NCBI GenBank assembly: GCA_965662235.1
Contig: CBFIGY010000008.1
Span: forward strand, 36,979-100,978
From: an uncultured bacterium
GTDB lineage: Bacteria > SAR324 > NAC60-12
Reading direction: 5' to 3'
DNA: 64,000 nucleotides
Shown: positions 35,625 to 45,598 of the stretch, piece by piece
How positions within the stretch are numbered: the stretch's first letter is position 1
Layout of the letters: each line of letters starts with the position of its first letter
The notes under the pieces: model-generated
What the model saw: only the letters and a program-made list of their open reading frames with translations
Databases searched by the model: none
What the model was told of the DNA's origin: nothing
Made by a program: the position numbers and the translations under genes

Positions 35625-37265
35625 TCAAAGGCCCTTCAGACTCAAGATGGAGGGCTCCATCCTCAGCTCCAACACCGCGGGCTGTCCCGACTGCAGCGCC
35701 CGCTGCAACGCCGGTTCAAACGCCGCAGTTTCCTCAACCACCTCTCCATACGCCCCATAAGCCTGCGCCAGGGCGGCAAAGTCCGGATTGTTCAGGGTGG
35801 TTCCATGCACGCGTCCCGGGTAGTGTCGTTCCTGATGCGCCCGGATCGTGCCGTACATCTGGTTGTTCACCACGATCACGACCACTGCGAGCTGATACTG
35901 AACCGCTGTTGCCAGCTCGTTTGCCGCCATCAGGAAGCATCCATCGCCAGCAAAGCAGACCACGGTCCGCTCCGGATGACACACCTTGGCGGCCAACGCA
36001 GCAGGAAGACCGTAGCCCATGGCGCCACTGGTTGGAGCCACCTGAGTGGGGTACTCAAAGAACTGGCTGAACCGATGGGCCCAGGCTGCATAGTTTCCGG
36101 CGCCGTTCGTGAAGACGGTGTCACTCGGAAGCTGCTGGCGGAGCGTCTGCACCACGGTGGCTAGGTTCAGAGGGGTTTCCAGCACCGGAGGCGCACAGTG
36201 GGTCTGGTAGTCACGGTGAAGCTGTTCCTGCCAGTTTTTCCAAACGGGAGTGGCTTCCGGGCCGTGCTCGACCCACGCTGCCAAGGCCGCTGGAGCAGGG
36301 ACCGGAATCGGCAAGTCCGCCTGATAAACGGAGTTCAGCTCATTGGGGTCCGGGTGTACATGAATAAGCGTCTGCTGAGGCACCGGCGAGTGCAGGAGCG
36401 TGTACCCCTGCGTGGTCATCTCACCCAGTCGAGCTCCCAACACGAGCAGAAGATCGGCCTCCTGAACCCGCTGATTGAGGCGCGCCGAGGCTGATGTTCC
36501 AAGCTCTCCAGCGTAACAGGGATGCCGGTTGTCAATCCGATCCTGGCACCGGAAGGACGCGGCGACCGGGAGGTTCCACTGAGAGGCAAACTGTTCCAGC
36601 TGCTGCCGAGCGGTTTCACTCCAGTGTGGCCCTCCGACAATGAGCAGCGGACGTTGCGCTGCCTGCAAGCGCTCGTAGAGTTCTGCCACCGTGTCGGCTC
36701 CGGGTTGCGGAAGCGTCTGCCGGACAGGGCGGGCGTCTGCTACTGCGCAGGTCTCCGTGAGCATGTCCTGTGGCAACGACAGGACCACGGGTCCGGGACG
36801 TCCCGCCAGCGCGGTGTGGAAGGCTCGGCCTAGGAATTCCGGGATCCGCTGCGGGTCGGAAATTTCCTGCGTCCACTTGCTGGTCTCCTGAAAGAGGTTT
36901 TCGTGCCGGACTTCCTGAAAGGCCTCTCGCCCCAGCGCGTCACGTTGCACCTGCCCCACCAGCAGCACCAGCGGTGTGGAGTCTTGAAACGCAGTGTGCA
37001 AGCCGACGCTCGCCTGTGTGGCACCCGGTCCGCGTGTGACCAGGCAGATTCCTGGTTTGCCAGTGAGCTTGCCATAGGCTTCTGCCATGTTGGCGGCTCC
37101 GGCTTCGTGGCGGCAGGTGATGAGACGGATGCGGTCCTGCACGTCGTGCAAGGCATCCAGCAAGGCTAGGTAACTTTCTCCAGGAACGCAAAATGCGGTG
37201 TCCACCCCCTGCAACAGGAGCTGGTCCACGAGCACTTGGGCTCCGCTACGGATGGGATGAGACAT
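35625..37265 (-). CDS. Thiamine-diphosphate-dependent enzyme (acetolactate synthase-like)
   Basis: VPGESYL, CRHEAGA, TRGPG, GAMGYG, GDGCFLM...NN ThDP motif. Confidence 0.9.
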   Translation of the reverse strand: MSHPIRSGAQVLVDQLLLQGVDTAFCVPGESYLALLDALHDVQDRIRLITCRHEAGAANMAEAYGKLTGKPGICLVTRGPGATQASVGLHTAFQDSTPLVLLVGQVQRDALGREAFQEVRHENLFQETSKWTQEISDPQRIPEFLGRAFHTALAGRPGPVVLSLPQDMLTETCAVADARPVRQTLPQPGADTVAELYERLQAAQRPLLIVGGPHWSETARQQLEQFASQWNLPVAASFRCQDRIDNRHPCYAGELGTSASARLNQRVQEADLLLVLGARLGEMTTQGYTLLHSPVPQQTLIHVHPDPNELNSVYQADLPIPVPAPAALAAWVEHGPEATPVWKNWQEQLHRDYQTHCAPPVLETPLNLATVVQTLRQQLPSDTVFTNGAGNYAAWAHRFSQFFEYPTQVAPTSGAMGYGLPAALAAKVCHPERTVVCFAGDGCFLMAANELATAVQYQLAVVVIVVNNQMYGTIRAHQERHYPGRVHGTTLNNPDFAALAQAYGAYGEVVEETAAFEPALQRALQSGQPAVLELRMEPSILSLKGL

Positions 37266-37289
37266 GGGATGAACGAAGGGAAGGGGACA

Positions 37290-37316
37290 GGCGGACGCTC
37301 GGCGGGAGCGCCCACC
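37290..37316 (-). terminator. GC-rich hairpin 3' of flagellin (terminator or mRNA stabiliser)
   Basis: Minus strand ggtgggcgctc-ccgcc-gagcgtccgcc, 11-bp stem with two G-U pairs, then a pyrimidine tract (no clean U-run). Confidence 0.4.
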
Positions 37317-37352
37317 CTCTTAAGGAGGCTCCATCAGGGGAGGGAAAGCGGC

Positions 37353-38966
37353 TTACCCGCCTCCGCCGTCCAGGAGCTTGAGGACATTTCGGGGAAGCTG
37401 GTTCGCTTGGGCCAGCATGGACTGGCTGGCAGAGAGCATGATCTGGTTGCTGGTGAGCCGAGACATCTCTTCGGCCACATCGGTGTCCCGGATGGAGGAC
37501 TCGCCGGCAATGTTGTTTTCTGCTCCCACTTGCAGGCTGGCCAGGTTGCGCTCCAGGGTGTTGCGCTCAAAAGCACCCAGCTTGGCACGGTATCCGGAGA
37601 CGTCTTCAATGGCTTGGTCAATGACCTTCAGGGAGTCCCGAGCACTCTGGATCTCCATGAAGTCGATGTCAGCAAGGCTCTTGATGTTGCTGTTGTTGTC
37701 CACACCGTTGCCGAGCTTGGTCGCTCGGACTTCCTGCAGAGAGACAGAAGACCAGGCCTTGGCATCAGGTCCTAGGTTGAACTGCTTCGACTGCTGAGAG
37801 ATGTGAACGTAGCCTTCCAGCTTGGGATTGGAGGGGCTGCCGACCACTTCCTCGTGGCTTTCTTCGACAAACTCGGAGCCAATTTCTTCTCCCTGCTCAT
37901 TGAGCACCGGAACTTCCTTGAGCTCAATGTCGCGGTTGTACTCAACGGTCACTCCTTGAGCGGGCGATCCGCTGATGCCTGTCAGCAACCGGCCTTGTCC
38001 TTGAGCAACGGCGCCTGCGATGGTGCCGGCCACATCGGTTCCCGGAGTGGAAAGTTCCGCCTCATTCGGAGTGGGCGTCAGGATGTCCGGGATGTTGGAG
38101 GTCACGCTGAAGCTGGGGTCGTCCCCGTACTCCTGATGCCGCAGCATCAGGGTCTGGTCCGGAGCTTGAGACACATCCACCCGGATGCCAACGTCGTCCA
38201 TGGCCTTCTGCAGGTGGAACATGATGACGTCCCGGATGCCCTGAGAGGAGTCCTCTGCGGGGAATCGTTCGGGATTTTCCGCGTGGTTCTTCAGAATCTC
38301 GTCAATGCTCTTCTTGACCTCACCGGTCCGGGTGTCCAGGGTAACGTTCTTCCCGCCCTCGTTGATGAGGATGAAGACACCGTCGCCGATGTTGTCGACT
38401 CCCAGGGCTACATCCCCTTTTAGGCTGGCGCGGGTTGCGACCTGGGTGATGTCAACGGGGAAGCCTTTTTCCGGGGAGGGGTTGGAGGTCTCTTCAGCAG
38501 AGACGAAGCGGAGGTTGTCGCCAACCGTCACGCCACTGACGCCCATGCTGCCGTCGAGAAGTTTCTTTCCGGAGAAGCTGGTGTTCTGGGTGATGCGCTC
38601 GAGGGTGCCAATCAGGTACTCGGCTTCCTGCTGATCTGCCTCCAGCATGGTCGGATCATTGACCGCTTCGTTGATGGCATGCACAGCCAGCTGCTTGAGC
38701 TGGATGAGGATGTCGCTCACCTCGTTGAGGGCGCCTTCGGCTGTTTGCACCAGGGCAATGGAGACCTGATTGTTCTCATGCGCCTGCTGCAGGCCCACGA
38801 TGCGGCTCCGTAACCCTTCAGAGGCAATCAGGGATGCCGGGCCATCCGAGCCACGGTTGATCTTTTGCCCTGAACTGAGTTTTTCCAAAGAGCCCTGCAC
38901 CTTGCTGAAGGAGCTCTCAGTGTTCCGAAGTGCGTTTAGTGAGGCAACGTTGTTGCGGATTTTCAT
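37353..38966 (-). CDS. fliC: Flagellin with a large central variable domain
   Basis: N-terminal LEKLSSGQKIN...QTAEGALNE...LLDGS; C-terminal RAKLGA.E.N...SSIRDTDVAEEM...LAQANQLP. Confidence 0.93.
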   Translation of the reverse strand: MKIRNNVASLNALRNTESSFSKVQGSLEKLSSGQKINRGSDGPASLIASEGLRSRIVGLQQAHENNQVSIALVQTAEGALNEVSDILIQLKQLAVHAINEAVNDPTMLEADQQEAEYLIGTLERITQNTSFSGKKLLDGSMGVSGVTVGDNLRFVSAEETSNPSPEKGFPVDITQVATRASLKGDVALGVDNIGDGVFILINEGGKNVTLDTRTGEVKKSIDEILKNHAENPERFPAEDSSQGIRDVIMFHLQKAMDDVGIRVDVSQAPDQTLMLRHQEYGDDPSFSVTSNIPDILTPTPNEAELSTPGTDVAGTIAGAVAQGQGRLLTGISGSPAQGVTVEYNRDIELKEVPVLNEQGEEIGSEFVEESHEEVVGSPSNPKLEGYVHISQQSKQFNLGPDAKAWSSVSLQEVRATKLGNGVDNNSNIKSLADIDFMEIQSARDSLKVIDQAIEDVSGYRAKLGAFERNTLERNLASLQVGAENNIAGESSIRDTDVAEEMSRLTSNQIMLSASQSMLAQANQLPRNVLKLLDGGGG

Positions 38967-39026
38967 GGCCCAACTCTCAATAGTTGATGTGACGCACGAT
39001 CAATGTGCGACCGAAACTTTCCTCTC

Positions 39027-39053
39027 TTATCGGAAGGCCGTGAAGAAACTTGA
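39027..39053 (-). promoter_or_regulatory. Sigma-28 promoter of flagellin
   Basis: Minus strand TCAA-N15-TCCGATAA versus consensus TAAA-N15-GCCGATAA, about 60 nt upstream of the fliC ATG. Confidence 0.8.
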
Positions 39054-39200
39054 GGACTTTTTTGGGTTTTTGGATTTTTCCAAAGTGTTCGGATTCTGTT
39101 CAGAGACCGCAGGCGCTTGATTCTTGGGGGGCATTCGTTGAATCTGAGGGCGTGACAAACCCATCCTGCCCTCCGACATCCTTCAGACCCAAATCGAATC

Positions 39201-41372
39201 ATGGCAACTCCTTCGGCGCGCTCTCGTACCCGTAAGCCTCGAGAGACCTCTGACCCTGCAGCAATGCCTTCCCGTGAAGACGCTCCCTGGCTTCAGGTGG
39301 ATCCTAGCAACCTGGAAGCTCCTGAGCTGTACATCAACCGAGAACTGAGTTGGCTGGAATTCAACCAGCGGGTGCTGGAACAGGTTTATGACCCCGAGCA
39401 TCCGCTGCTGGAGCGTGTGAAGTTTTTGGCCATTGCCGCGACCAATCTGGATGAATTTCACATGGTCCGGGTGGCCACGATTCTCCGGAAGATCAAGGAG
39501 GAGAACACGGCCCCCACCCCGGATGGGTTGGATCCGAAGGCGCAGTATGAGGCGATCCGCAGCCGGGTGGGGCGGATGATGCTGGAGTTTTCCACATGCT
39601 GGGACATGCTGCACGCCGAGCTGGCGGAGCACCAGGTGCACTTTCTGGAACCCGATGAGTGCAGCACGGAGTTGCAGGACTACCTCCGGAAGGCCTTCTT
39701 GAAGGACATCCTTCCGGTCCTCACGCCCCTGGCGTTTGATCCGGGGCATCCCTTTCCGCACATCTCTAATCTCAGCTTCAACTTTGCGGTAGTGGTCAAT
39801 CTGGCCGGGCAGCCTCGTTTTGCTCGGGTGAAGATTCCAGACACCCTTCCGCGCTTCATTGCGGTCCCGGAAGCGCTTTCTGGTCATGCCGGGCACAGCT
39901 TCGTCTTCCTAGAAGACGTCATTGAAGCAAACCTGCAGGAGCTGTTTCCGGGGACTCAGATTGAAGAGGCCTTTGTCTTCCATGTCACGCGTGACACCGA
40001 CCTGGTGATCCAGGAAGATGAGGCCGACGATCTGCTTGAGACCGTGGACCAGGGCCTCAAGGAGATTCGTTACGGAAACGTCTCGCGGTTGCACGTGGAG
40101 GAAAAAATTCCCCAACGCATCATGGACGTGCTGGCGGAAAATTTTGAGGTCAGCGAGTCGATCATCATCCGGACAAACAGCCGCATCAACTTCAGTGACT
40201 GGATGGAGCTGATGAAGCTTCCCCTTCCGGCACTCAAGGATGCACCGTTTTCAGCGCCAGTCCTTTTTGACTCTCAGAGCCAGGAGACGATCTTTGAGCG
40301 CATCCGTTACAAGGACCTCCTGACGCACCAGCCGTATGAATCATTTGTGCCCGTGGAGGCCTTCCTGTTGGCTGCGGTTCAGGACCCTAACGTGGTGGCG
40401 ATCAAGATGACGCTGTACCGTGTGGGAAGCAATTCCCCGATTGTGGAGCGGTTGATTGAGGCTGCAGAGGCCGGGAAGCAGGTGGCGGTGTTGGTGGAAC
40501 TGAAGGCCCGTTTTGACGAACGGAATAACATTGCCTGGGCCCGGCGGCTGGAGGCGGTGGGCGTGCACGTTGTCTACGGAGTTTTGACCCTGAAGACGCA
40601 CTGCAAGCTGTGCCTCGTGGTGCGGCAGGAAGCGGATGGGGTTCGGCGCTACATGCACATTGGCACCGGAAATTACAACCCGTCCACCGCCAAGATTTAC
40701 ACCGACATGGGACTGTTCACGGCTAATGAAGAAATTGGTCAGGATGTCTCGCACATCTTCAACTTCCTGACAGGGTATTCGAACAAGCGTGACTTCAACC
40801 ACCTGCTGGTGGCTCCGGTCACCCTCCGTTCTCGCTTGGAGGAACTCATTCAGCGCGAAGCCGAACACGCCCAGGCTGGACGTCCGGCGCAGCTCATCTT
40901 CAAGGTCAACTCGGTGGCCGATCCGCGAATGATCCGAACGCTCTACAGCGCGGCTCAGGCGGGCGTTCAGCAGGAACTGATCGTCCGGGGCGTCTGCTGC
41001 CTCCGTCCAGGGGTGCCGGGGGTGAGTGACACCATCCAGGTCCGCTCCATTGTCGGGCGGTTTCTGGAGCACTCCCGAATCTACTTCTTTGCCAACGGCG
41101 GGAATCCTGAAATCTACATCGGCAGCGCCGATCTCATGGAACGGAACCTGGACCGCCGTGTCGAGGTCCTGACCCCCATCCTTGATCCGGCCCTGAGGGA
41201 GCAACTCCGGAATGTGGTTCTGGAGGCCTGCATCACCGACTCCAAACGCACGTTCCTGCTCCAAACGGACGGGACACACCAGCGGACACCAGTCGCGGAA
41301 CCGGGAGCCGATTCGTGCGTACACACCCGCCTGCTTGACTGGTACGCCAACCGGGAGCGCGACCTGGGCTAG
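39201..41372 (+). CDS. ppk1: Polyphosphate kinase 1
   Basis: NRELSWLEFNQRVL, HPFP, HQPYESF, KMTLYR, ELKARFDE, GTGNYN, GRFLEHSR, SADLMERNL. Confidence 0.97.
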   Translation: MATPSARSRTRKPRETSDPAAMPSREDAPWLQVDPSNLEAPELYINRELSWLEFNQRVLEQVYDPEHPLLERVKFLAIAATNLDEFHMVRVATILRKIKEENTAPTPDGLDPKAQYEAIRSRVGRMMLEFSTCWDMLHAELAEHQVHFLEPDECSTELQDYLRKAFLKDILPVLTPLAFDPGHPFPHISNLSFNFAVVVNLAGQPRFARVKIPDTLPRFIAVPEALSGHAGHSFVFLEDVIEANLQELFPGTQIEEAFVFHVTRDTDLVIQEDEADDLLETVDQGLKEIRYGNVSRLHVEEKIPQRIMDVLAENFEVSESIIIRTNSRINFSDWMELMKLPLPALKDAPFSAPVLFDSQSQETIFERIRYKDLLTHQPYESFVPVEAFLLAAVQDPNVVAIKMTLYRVGSNSPIVERLIEAAEAGKQVAVLVELKARFDERNNIAWARRLEAVGVHVVYGVLTLKTHCKLCLVVRQEADGVRRYMHIGTGNYNPSTAKIYTDMGLFTANEEIGQDVSHIFNFLTGYSNKRDFNHLLVAPVTLRSRLEELIQREAEHAQAGRPAQLIFKVNSVADPRMIRTLYSAAQAGVQQELIVRGVCCLRPGVPGVSDTIQVRSIVGRFLEHSRIYFFANGGNPEIYIGSADLMERNLDRRVEVLTPILDPALREQLRNVVLEACITDSKRTFLLQTDGTHQRTPVAEPGADSCVHTRLLDWYANRERDLG

Positions 41373-41444
41373 GGCTGGCCTTTTGGGAAAATTGCGCCAA
41401 GCTGGAACCTTACCCTGCTCTGGTCCTTTTTCTCAGGAGTCGTT

Positions 41445-42131
41445 ATGCCCCGTCCCCTTGTCCGCGCCGCGGTCTTTGATGCCTACGGCACCCTCTTTGA
41501 CGTCCACTCGGCCGTGGGGCCGTATCAGCGCCAGCTGGGAGAAGCCGCCGTCGCGATTTCTCAGCTCTGGCGGACCAAGCAGCTGGAGTACACCTGGCTC
41601 CGGAGCCTGATGCAGCGGCACGTGGACTTCTGGCAGGTCACTGGAGAAGCGCTGGACTACGCGTTGGAAACCCACGGTGTGGACCAGCCGGCTCTGCGGG
41701 ATCAGCTGCTGGACGCCTACAACCACCTCTCGTGCTACCCGGAAGTCCCAGCGACTCTGCAGCAGCTGCGGGACCAGGGCATTCACACCGCCATCCTCTC
41801 CAATGGCGCTCCTCCCATGCTGGAAGCCGGAGTCCAGAGTGCCGGGCTGACCCCCCTCCTCGACGCAGTTCTTTCGGTAGAAGCCGTCGGCGTGTACAAA
41901 CCGGATCCTCGTGTGTATGCGCTTGCGACCCAGCACTTTTCCTGTCAGCCTGAGGAAATCCTGTTCTTTTCGTCAAACTCCTGGGATGTCGCAGGAGCCG
42001 CTACCTTTGGCTTTGAGGTCGCCTGGATCAACCGCTTCTCTCAGCGTCCGGAACGCCTGCCGGACGGTCCACGTTACGTGCTCCGGAGCCTCGACGAAAT
42101 TTTTCCTCAACTGGAAGCCTCACGGAGTTGA
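41445..42131 (+). CDS. Haloacid dehalogenase, type II
   Basis: FDAYGTLFD, WRTKQLEYTW, LSNG, YKP, SSNSWD. Confidence 0.92.
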   Translation: MPRPLVRAAVFDAYGTLFDVHSAVGPYQRQLGEAAVAISQLWRTKQLEYTWLRSLMQRHVDFWQVTGEALDYALETHGVDQPALRDQLLDAYNHLSCYPEVPATLQQLRDQGIHTAILSNGAPPMLEAGVQSAGLTPLLDAVLSVEAVGVYKPDPRVYALATQHFSCQPEEILFFSSNSWDVAGAATFGFEVAWINRFSQRPERLPDGPRYVLRSLDEIFPQLEASRS

Positions 42132-42135
42132 CCTG

Positions 42136-42555
42136 ATGCTGAAGCTGTTCCTGGCCTTTACCGTTATTCCCACACTGGAGCTCTACCTGCTGGTGCAGGT
42201 GGGCGCCAGGATTGGGGCGCTTGCGACCATTGCTGTCGTTTTGGGAACAGGGTTTTTAGGCGCGTGGCTGGCAAAACTGGAAGGGCTGAGCACCTTGAAC
42301 CGCATCCGGGAGGCGCTTCAGGCAGGAGAGGTTCCAACCAATGAGTTGGTGGAAGGGGTGCTGATCCTGGTTGCCGGGGTGGTGCTGATCACTCCGGGGT
42401 TCCTGACGGATTTGGCAGGGCTGACGTTGCTCTTTCCCCTAACGCGGTACCCCATCCGGGAGTGGGTCAAGTCCAAGCTGGAGGCACGGATGGCGGTGCG
42501 TTCCACTCCGTACGGAGAGACGATCAACCACGAGGACGTCCGGAATCACCACTGA
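42136..42555 (+). CDS. fxsA: FxsA family membrane protein
   Basis: PTLELYLL, GEVP, LITPGFLTDLAG; ATG at 42136. Confidence 0.88.
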   Translation: MLKLFLAFTVIPTLELYLLVQVGARIGALATIAVVLGTGFLGAWLAKLEGLSTLNRIREALQAGEVPTNELVEGVLILVAGVVLITPGFLTDLAGLTLLFPLTRYPIREWVKSKLEARMAVRSTPYGETINHEDVRNHH

Positions 42556-43136
42556 GGCAGGTTCATGCCCCGGAGTAGGTTGACCATGAATCCCTGGGCC
42601 GGCTCGGGGCCAAGACTGCGGAGCCGATGCGGGGCGTTGGTCTGGTACCGGAGCGTCTCTCCCGCCTGCACGGTTTCAAGAGCCTCTGCGACTCCCACCT
42701 CAATTGCCCCCTGAGTGAGGGTCAGGCTCTCCAGACTTCCGGAACCGTGGGAGTCGGAGTCAAGTACGGCGCCGACCTCGGCTTCAAATGAATACCACTG
42801 AAACGTTGCCACACTCCCTAGGGTTCCAAGGATCCGGAGTCGAAAGGTGCCCTCGGGGTTGCTCACCTCGGGGGTGGCGTGCACCGGGAGCTTTTCAAAC
42901 TGTGCCAACTCTGCTCCGGATGCCAACAGGTCCTCCAGTGGCATCTCTAGCGCCTGAGTGATGCGCCAGATGGTGGACAGCGTGGGGTTCGTCTTGTCCC
43001 GCTCAATCTGCGAAAGGATGGCCTTGGACACCCCGGACCGGGCAGAGAGCTCATCCAGCGTCAGTTGCTTGGAGTGCCGGACCTTCTGAAGGGTGCCACC
43101 GACTTTGGGCGGCGGGGCAAAGTCCGAGGGTTTCAT
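42546..43136 (-). CDS. XRE-family HTH-cupin transcriptional regulator
   Basis: LTLDELSARSGVSKAILSQIER..TNPT; C-terminal cupin H...E...H. Confidence 0.9.
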   Translation of the reverse strand: MKPSDFAPPPKVGGTLQKVRHSKQLTLDELSARSGVSKAILSQIERDKTNPTLSTIWRITQALEMPLEDLLASGAELAQFEKLPVHATPEVSNPEGTFRLRILGTLGSVATFQWYSFEAEVGAVLDSDSHGSGSLESLTLTQGAIEVGVAEALETVQAGETLRYQTNAPHRLRSLGPEPAQGFMVNLLRGMNLPQW

Positions 43137-43154
43137 GACAGGCTCCTCACGTGT

Positions 43155-45098
43155 TCAACGCTCCGTCAAAAAAGCGGACTGCAACCGGAGGCTGTAGGGA
43201 GACGCGTCTGCAGGTTGAGGAAGCTGGAAGTCGTCGGACAGGTCCATCCACGCGTAGCTCGGAGGGGGCAAAGGCTCCTGCTGAGCGTGCTGACGGGGCA
43301 GGTAGATGGTGTTGAAGTAGTGCTCTAGGATCCGCCGAGCGACGGGAGCCGCTGTCCGGGAGCCTCCGCCTCCGTGTTCCACCAGCACAATCACTGAAAT
43401 TTCGGGATTTTCTGCAGGGGCAAAGGCCACAAACCAGGCGTGGTTCTGGAAGTTCTTCGAGTCCTGCTCTTCTTCTCCAAGGCTCTCCAGGGTTTCGCGG
43501 CTGATCACCTGCGAGGTCGCCGTTTTTCCGGCCACCGTCACCTCTTCAAAGCGAACCTTTCCCGCAGTACCTCCGGGCGCATTGACCACTGCAACCATTC
43601 CTTCACGCAGCAACTTGAGGTACTCCTTGTTGAGGCCAAGGTCCCGGGATTCCGTGGGGTGTCTCTGCAACAGGCGGGGACGGTACCAGGTGCCATCATT
43701 GGCAACCACGTTGACCATGTTCAGCACCTGAAGAGGCGTGAGGGTCAGGTACCCCTGTCCAATCGCTAGGGACGGTGTTTCACCAGTGTACCAGCGTTCG
43801 CCAAACTGACGTTCCTTCCACTCACTGCTGGGAACCAGGCCGGCTTTCTCGGCACTGAGCCCGAGCCCGGTCACTGACCCCAGGCCAAAGAGCCGGGCGG
43901 TTTCATAAATGGCATCCACGCCAACCCCAACGCCCACATTGTAGAAGAACACATTGCAGGAGTGCTGAATGGCCTCCACGACGTTCACGGAGCCGTGTCC
44001 GCCTTTTTTCCAGCAGCGGAAGGGGGTGGTGCGTCCCTTAACAAAGTAGGTGCCGTCACAGAAGTGCCGGGTCGCAAGGGTGATCTCCCCTTGGCTGAGG
44101 CCCGTGTAGGCGGTGACCAGTTTGAAGATGGAGCCCGGAGGGTAAACACCTTGGATCGCCTTGTTCTCAAGGGGGTGTTCCGGATTTTCCAGCAGCGCCT
44201 GCCAGCTCCGGATGTCAATGCCTCCAGCAAACGCGTTGGGGTCAAAGTCCGGATAGCTTGCCATCGCCCGAATGTCCCCGTTGCGTGGATCCATGACAAT
44301 GACGGCTCCATTTTCCCCAACCATCGCCTGATCCACCGCCCGTTGAATGCGAATGTCCAGCGTCAGGTGCACGTCTTCTCCTGGGCGCGAGGGAACTTCT
44401 TGTCCCAGCACCCGCATCTCACGGCCCAAGTGGTCCACCTCAATCTGACGTCCGCCGTCGCGGCCGATCATGTTCTGGTTGCTGATCAGCTCCACTCCAG
44501 CCTTGCCCACGGTCATGCTGGACATGCGTCGGTCGGAGTCAAGGTTCGAGGCCTCTTCATCAGTCAAGCCGACGTATCCAAGGACGTGAGCAGCGGTGTT
44601 GCGGTTGGGGTAAAAGCGTCGGGGCTGCACCACCACCGAGATGCCCGGAAAGTCATCTCGGTAGGTTTCCACCAGCATGGCCTTGCGGTAGTCTAGGTCC
44701 TCTTCCAGCACAATGGGACGGAACCGGGCCAGTCCGCGGCTCTTGTCGACCTTATCCCTCAGTTCCTTGTAGGGAAAGCCGAGGACCCGTTCAATGCGCC
44801 GCAGGGTTTGCTCCAAGTCGGGTGTGTCTTCGCGGATGAGCTGGAGCTTGTACGCCGGACGGTTCTCCGCCAAGACCTCGCCATTTTGGTCGAAGATGAC
44901 CCCACGGAGTCCAGGTTCCGGAATCAGGCGGATGCGGTTGCCTTTGGAGTAGTCGGCATAGAGGTCGCCGCTGATGACCTGAAGGTACCAGAGGCGCGTT
45001 GCAAGGAGGGAAAAGATGAGGACAATGACGGCGCTGATGATGTAGATCCGCAGCCGAAACTGATTGAGTTCCTGAGGGTCAATGGTTTTGAACTTCAT
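43155..45098 (-). CDS. mrdA: Penicillin-binding protein 2
   Basis: N-terminal TM with RLWYLQV, YPPGSIFK (SxxK), SCN (SxN), AGKTAT (KTG variant), HAWF. Confidence 0.95.
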   Translation of the reverse strand: MKFKTIDPQELNQFRLRIYIISAVIVLIFSLLATRLWYLQVISGDLYADYSKGNRIRLIPEPGLRGVIFDQNGEVLAENRPAYKLQLIREDTPDLEQTLRRIERVLGFPYKELRDKVDKSRGLARFRPIVLEEDLDYRKAMLVETYRDDFPGISVVVQPRRFYPNRNTAAHVLGYVGLTDEEASNLDSDRRMSSMTVGKAGVELISNQNMIGRDGGRQIEVDHLGREMRVLGQEVPSRPGEDVHLTLDIRIQRAVDQAMVGENGAVIVMDPRNGDIRAMASYPDFDPNAFAGGIDIRSWQALLENPEHPLENKAIQGVYPPGSIFKLVTAYTGLSQGEITLATRHFCDGTYFVKGRTTPFRCWKKGGHGSVNVVEAIQHSCNVFFYNVGVGVGVDAIYETARLFGLGSVTGLGLSAEKAGLVPSSEWKERQFGERWYTGETPSLAIGQGYLTLTPLQVLNMVNVVANDGTWYRPRLLQRHPTESRDLGLNKEYLKLLREGMVAVVNAPGGTAGKVRFEEVTVAGKTATSQVISRETLESLGEEEQDSKNFQNHAWFVAFAPAENPEISVIVLVEHGGGGSRTAAPVARRILEHYFNTIYLPRQHAQQEPLPPPSYAWMDLSDDFQLPQPADASPYSLRLQSAFLTER

Positions 45099-45598
45099 GA
45101 GCCTGTTTGCAGGGATTCCCGTTTTTCAAACCAATCCATGATCGGTGCCAGGAGCGCTCCCAAAAACCCTTGTGCCAGAATGGAGGGCAGGAAGTAGGAC
45201 ATCAGGAGCCCGCTGATTTCCAGAGTCGGGTCGAGCCACACGAACAGGCTGAGGGAGATCGCGTGCTCCAGGGTGGAGAGGGCCACAAGAGCGATGCCGA
45301 CAAAGACGGACTGGTTGGTGTAAAACCACCGGTTCATGGAGCGTCCGAGCAGCGCGGTCACAAAGAAGCTGAACCCGTACACGCCCAACACACCGTGAGA
45401 AAGGGAGTCGGCACAGAGCCCCATGATCAGAGCAAAGTAGGCGACCCCACGCTTGCCATCATAAAGCACCCAAAACAAGGACACCAGCAGAAGCCAGCTC
45501 AGGTGGATGCCAAAGGTGCTCAGCACCGGCGCCAGCCCCACCTGTAACCAAAGCGCTAGGACGCCGCTGAGGGTGAGCATCAGGAAGGTCCGGATCAT
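45095..45598 (-). CDS. mreD: Rod shape-determining protein MreD
   Basis: Hydrophobic, GL..DSL...LG motif; position between mreC and mrdA. Confidence 0.85.
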   Translation of the reverse strand: MIRTFLMLTLSGVLALWLQVGLAPVLSTFGIHLSWLLLVSLFWVLYDGKRGVAYFALIMGLCADSLSHGVLGVYGFSFFVTALLGRSMNRWFYTNQSVFVGIALVALSTLEHAISLSLFVWLDPTLEISGLLMSYFLPSILAQGFLGALLAPIMDWFEKRESLQTGS

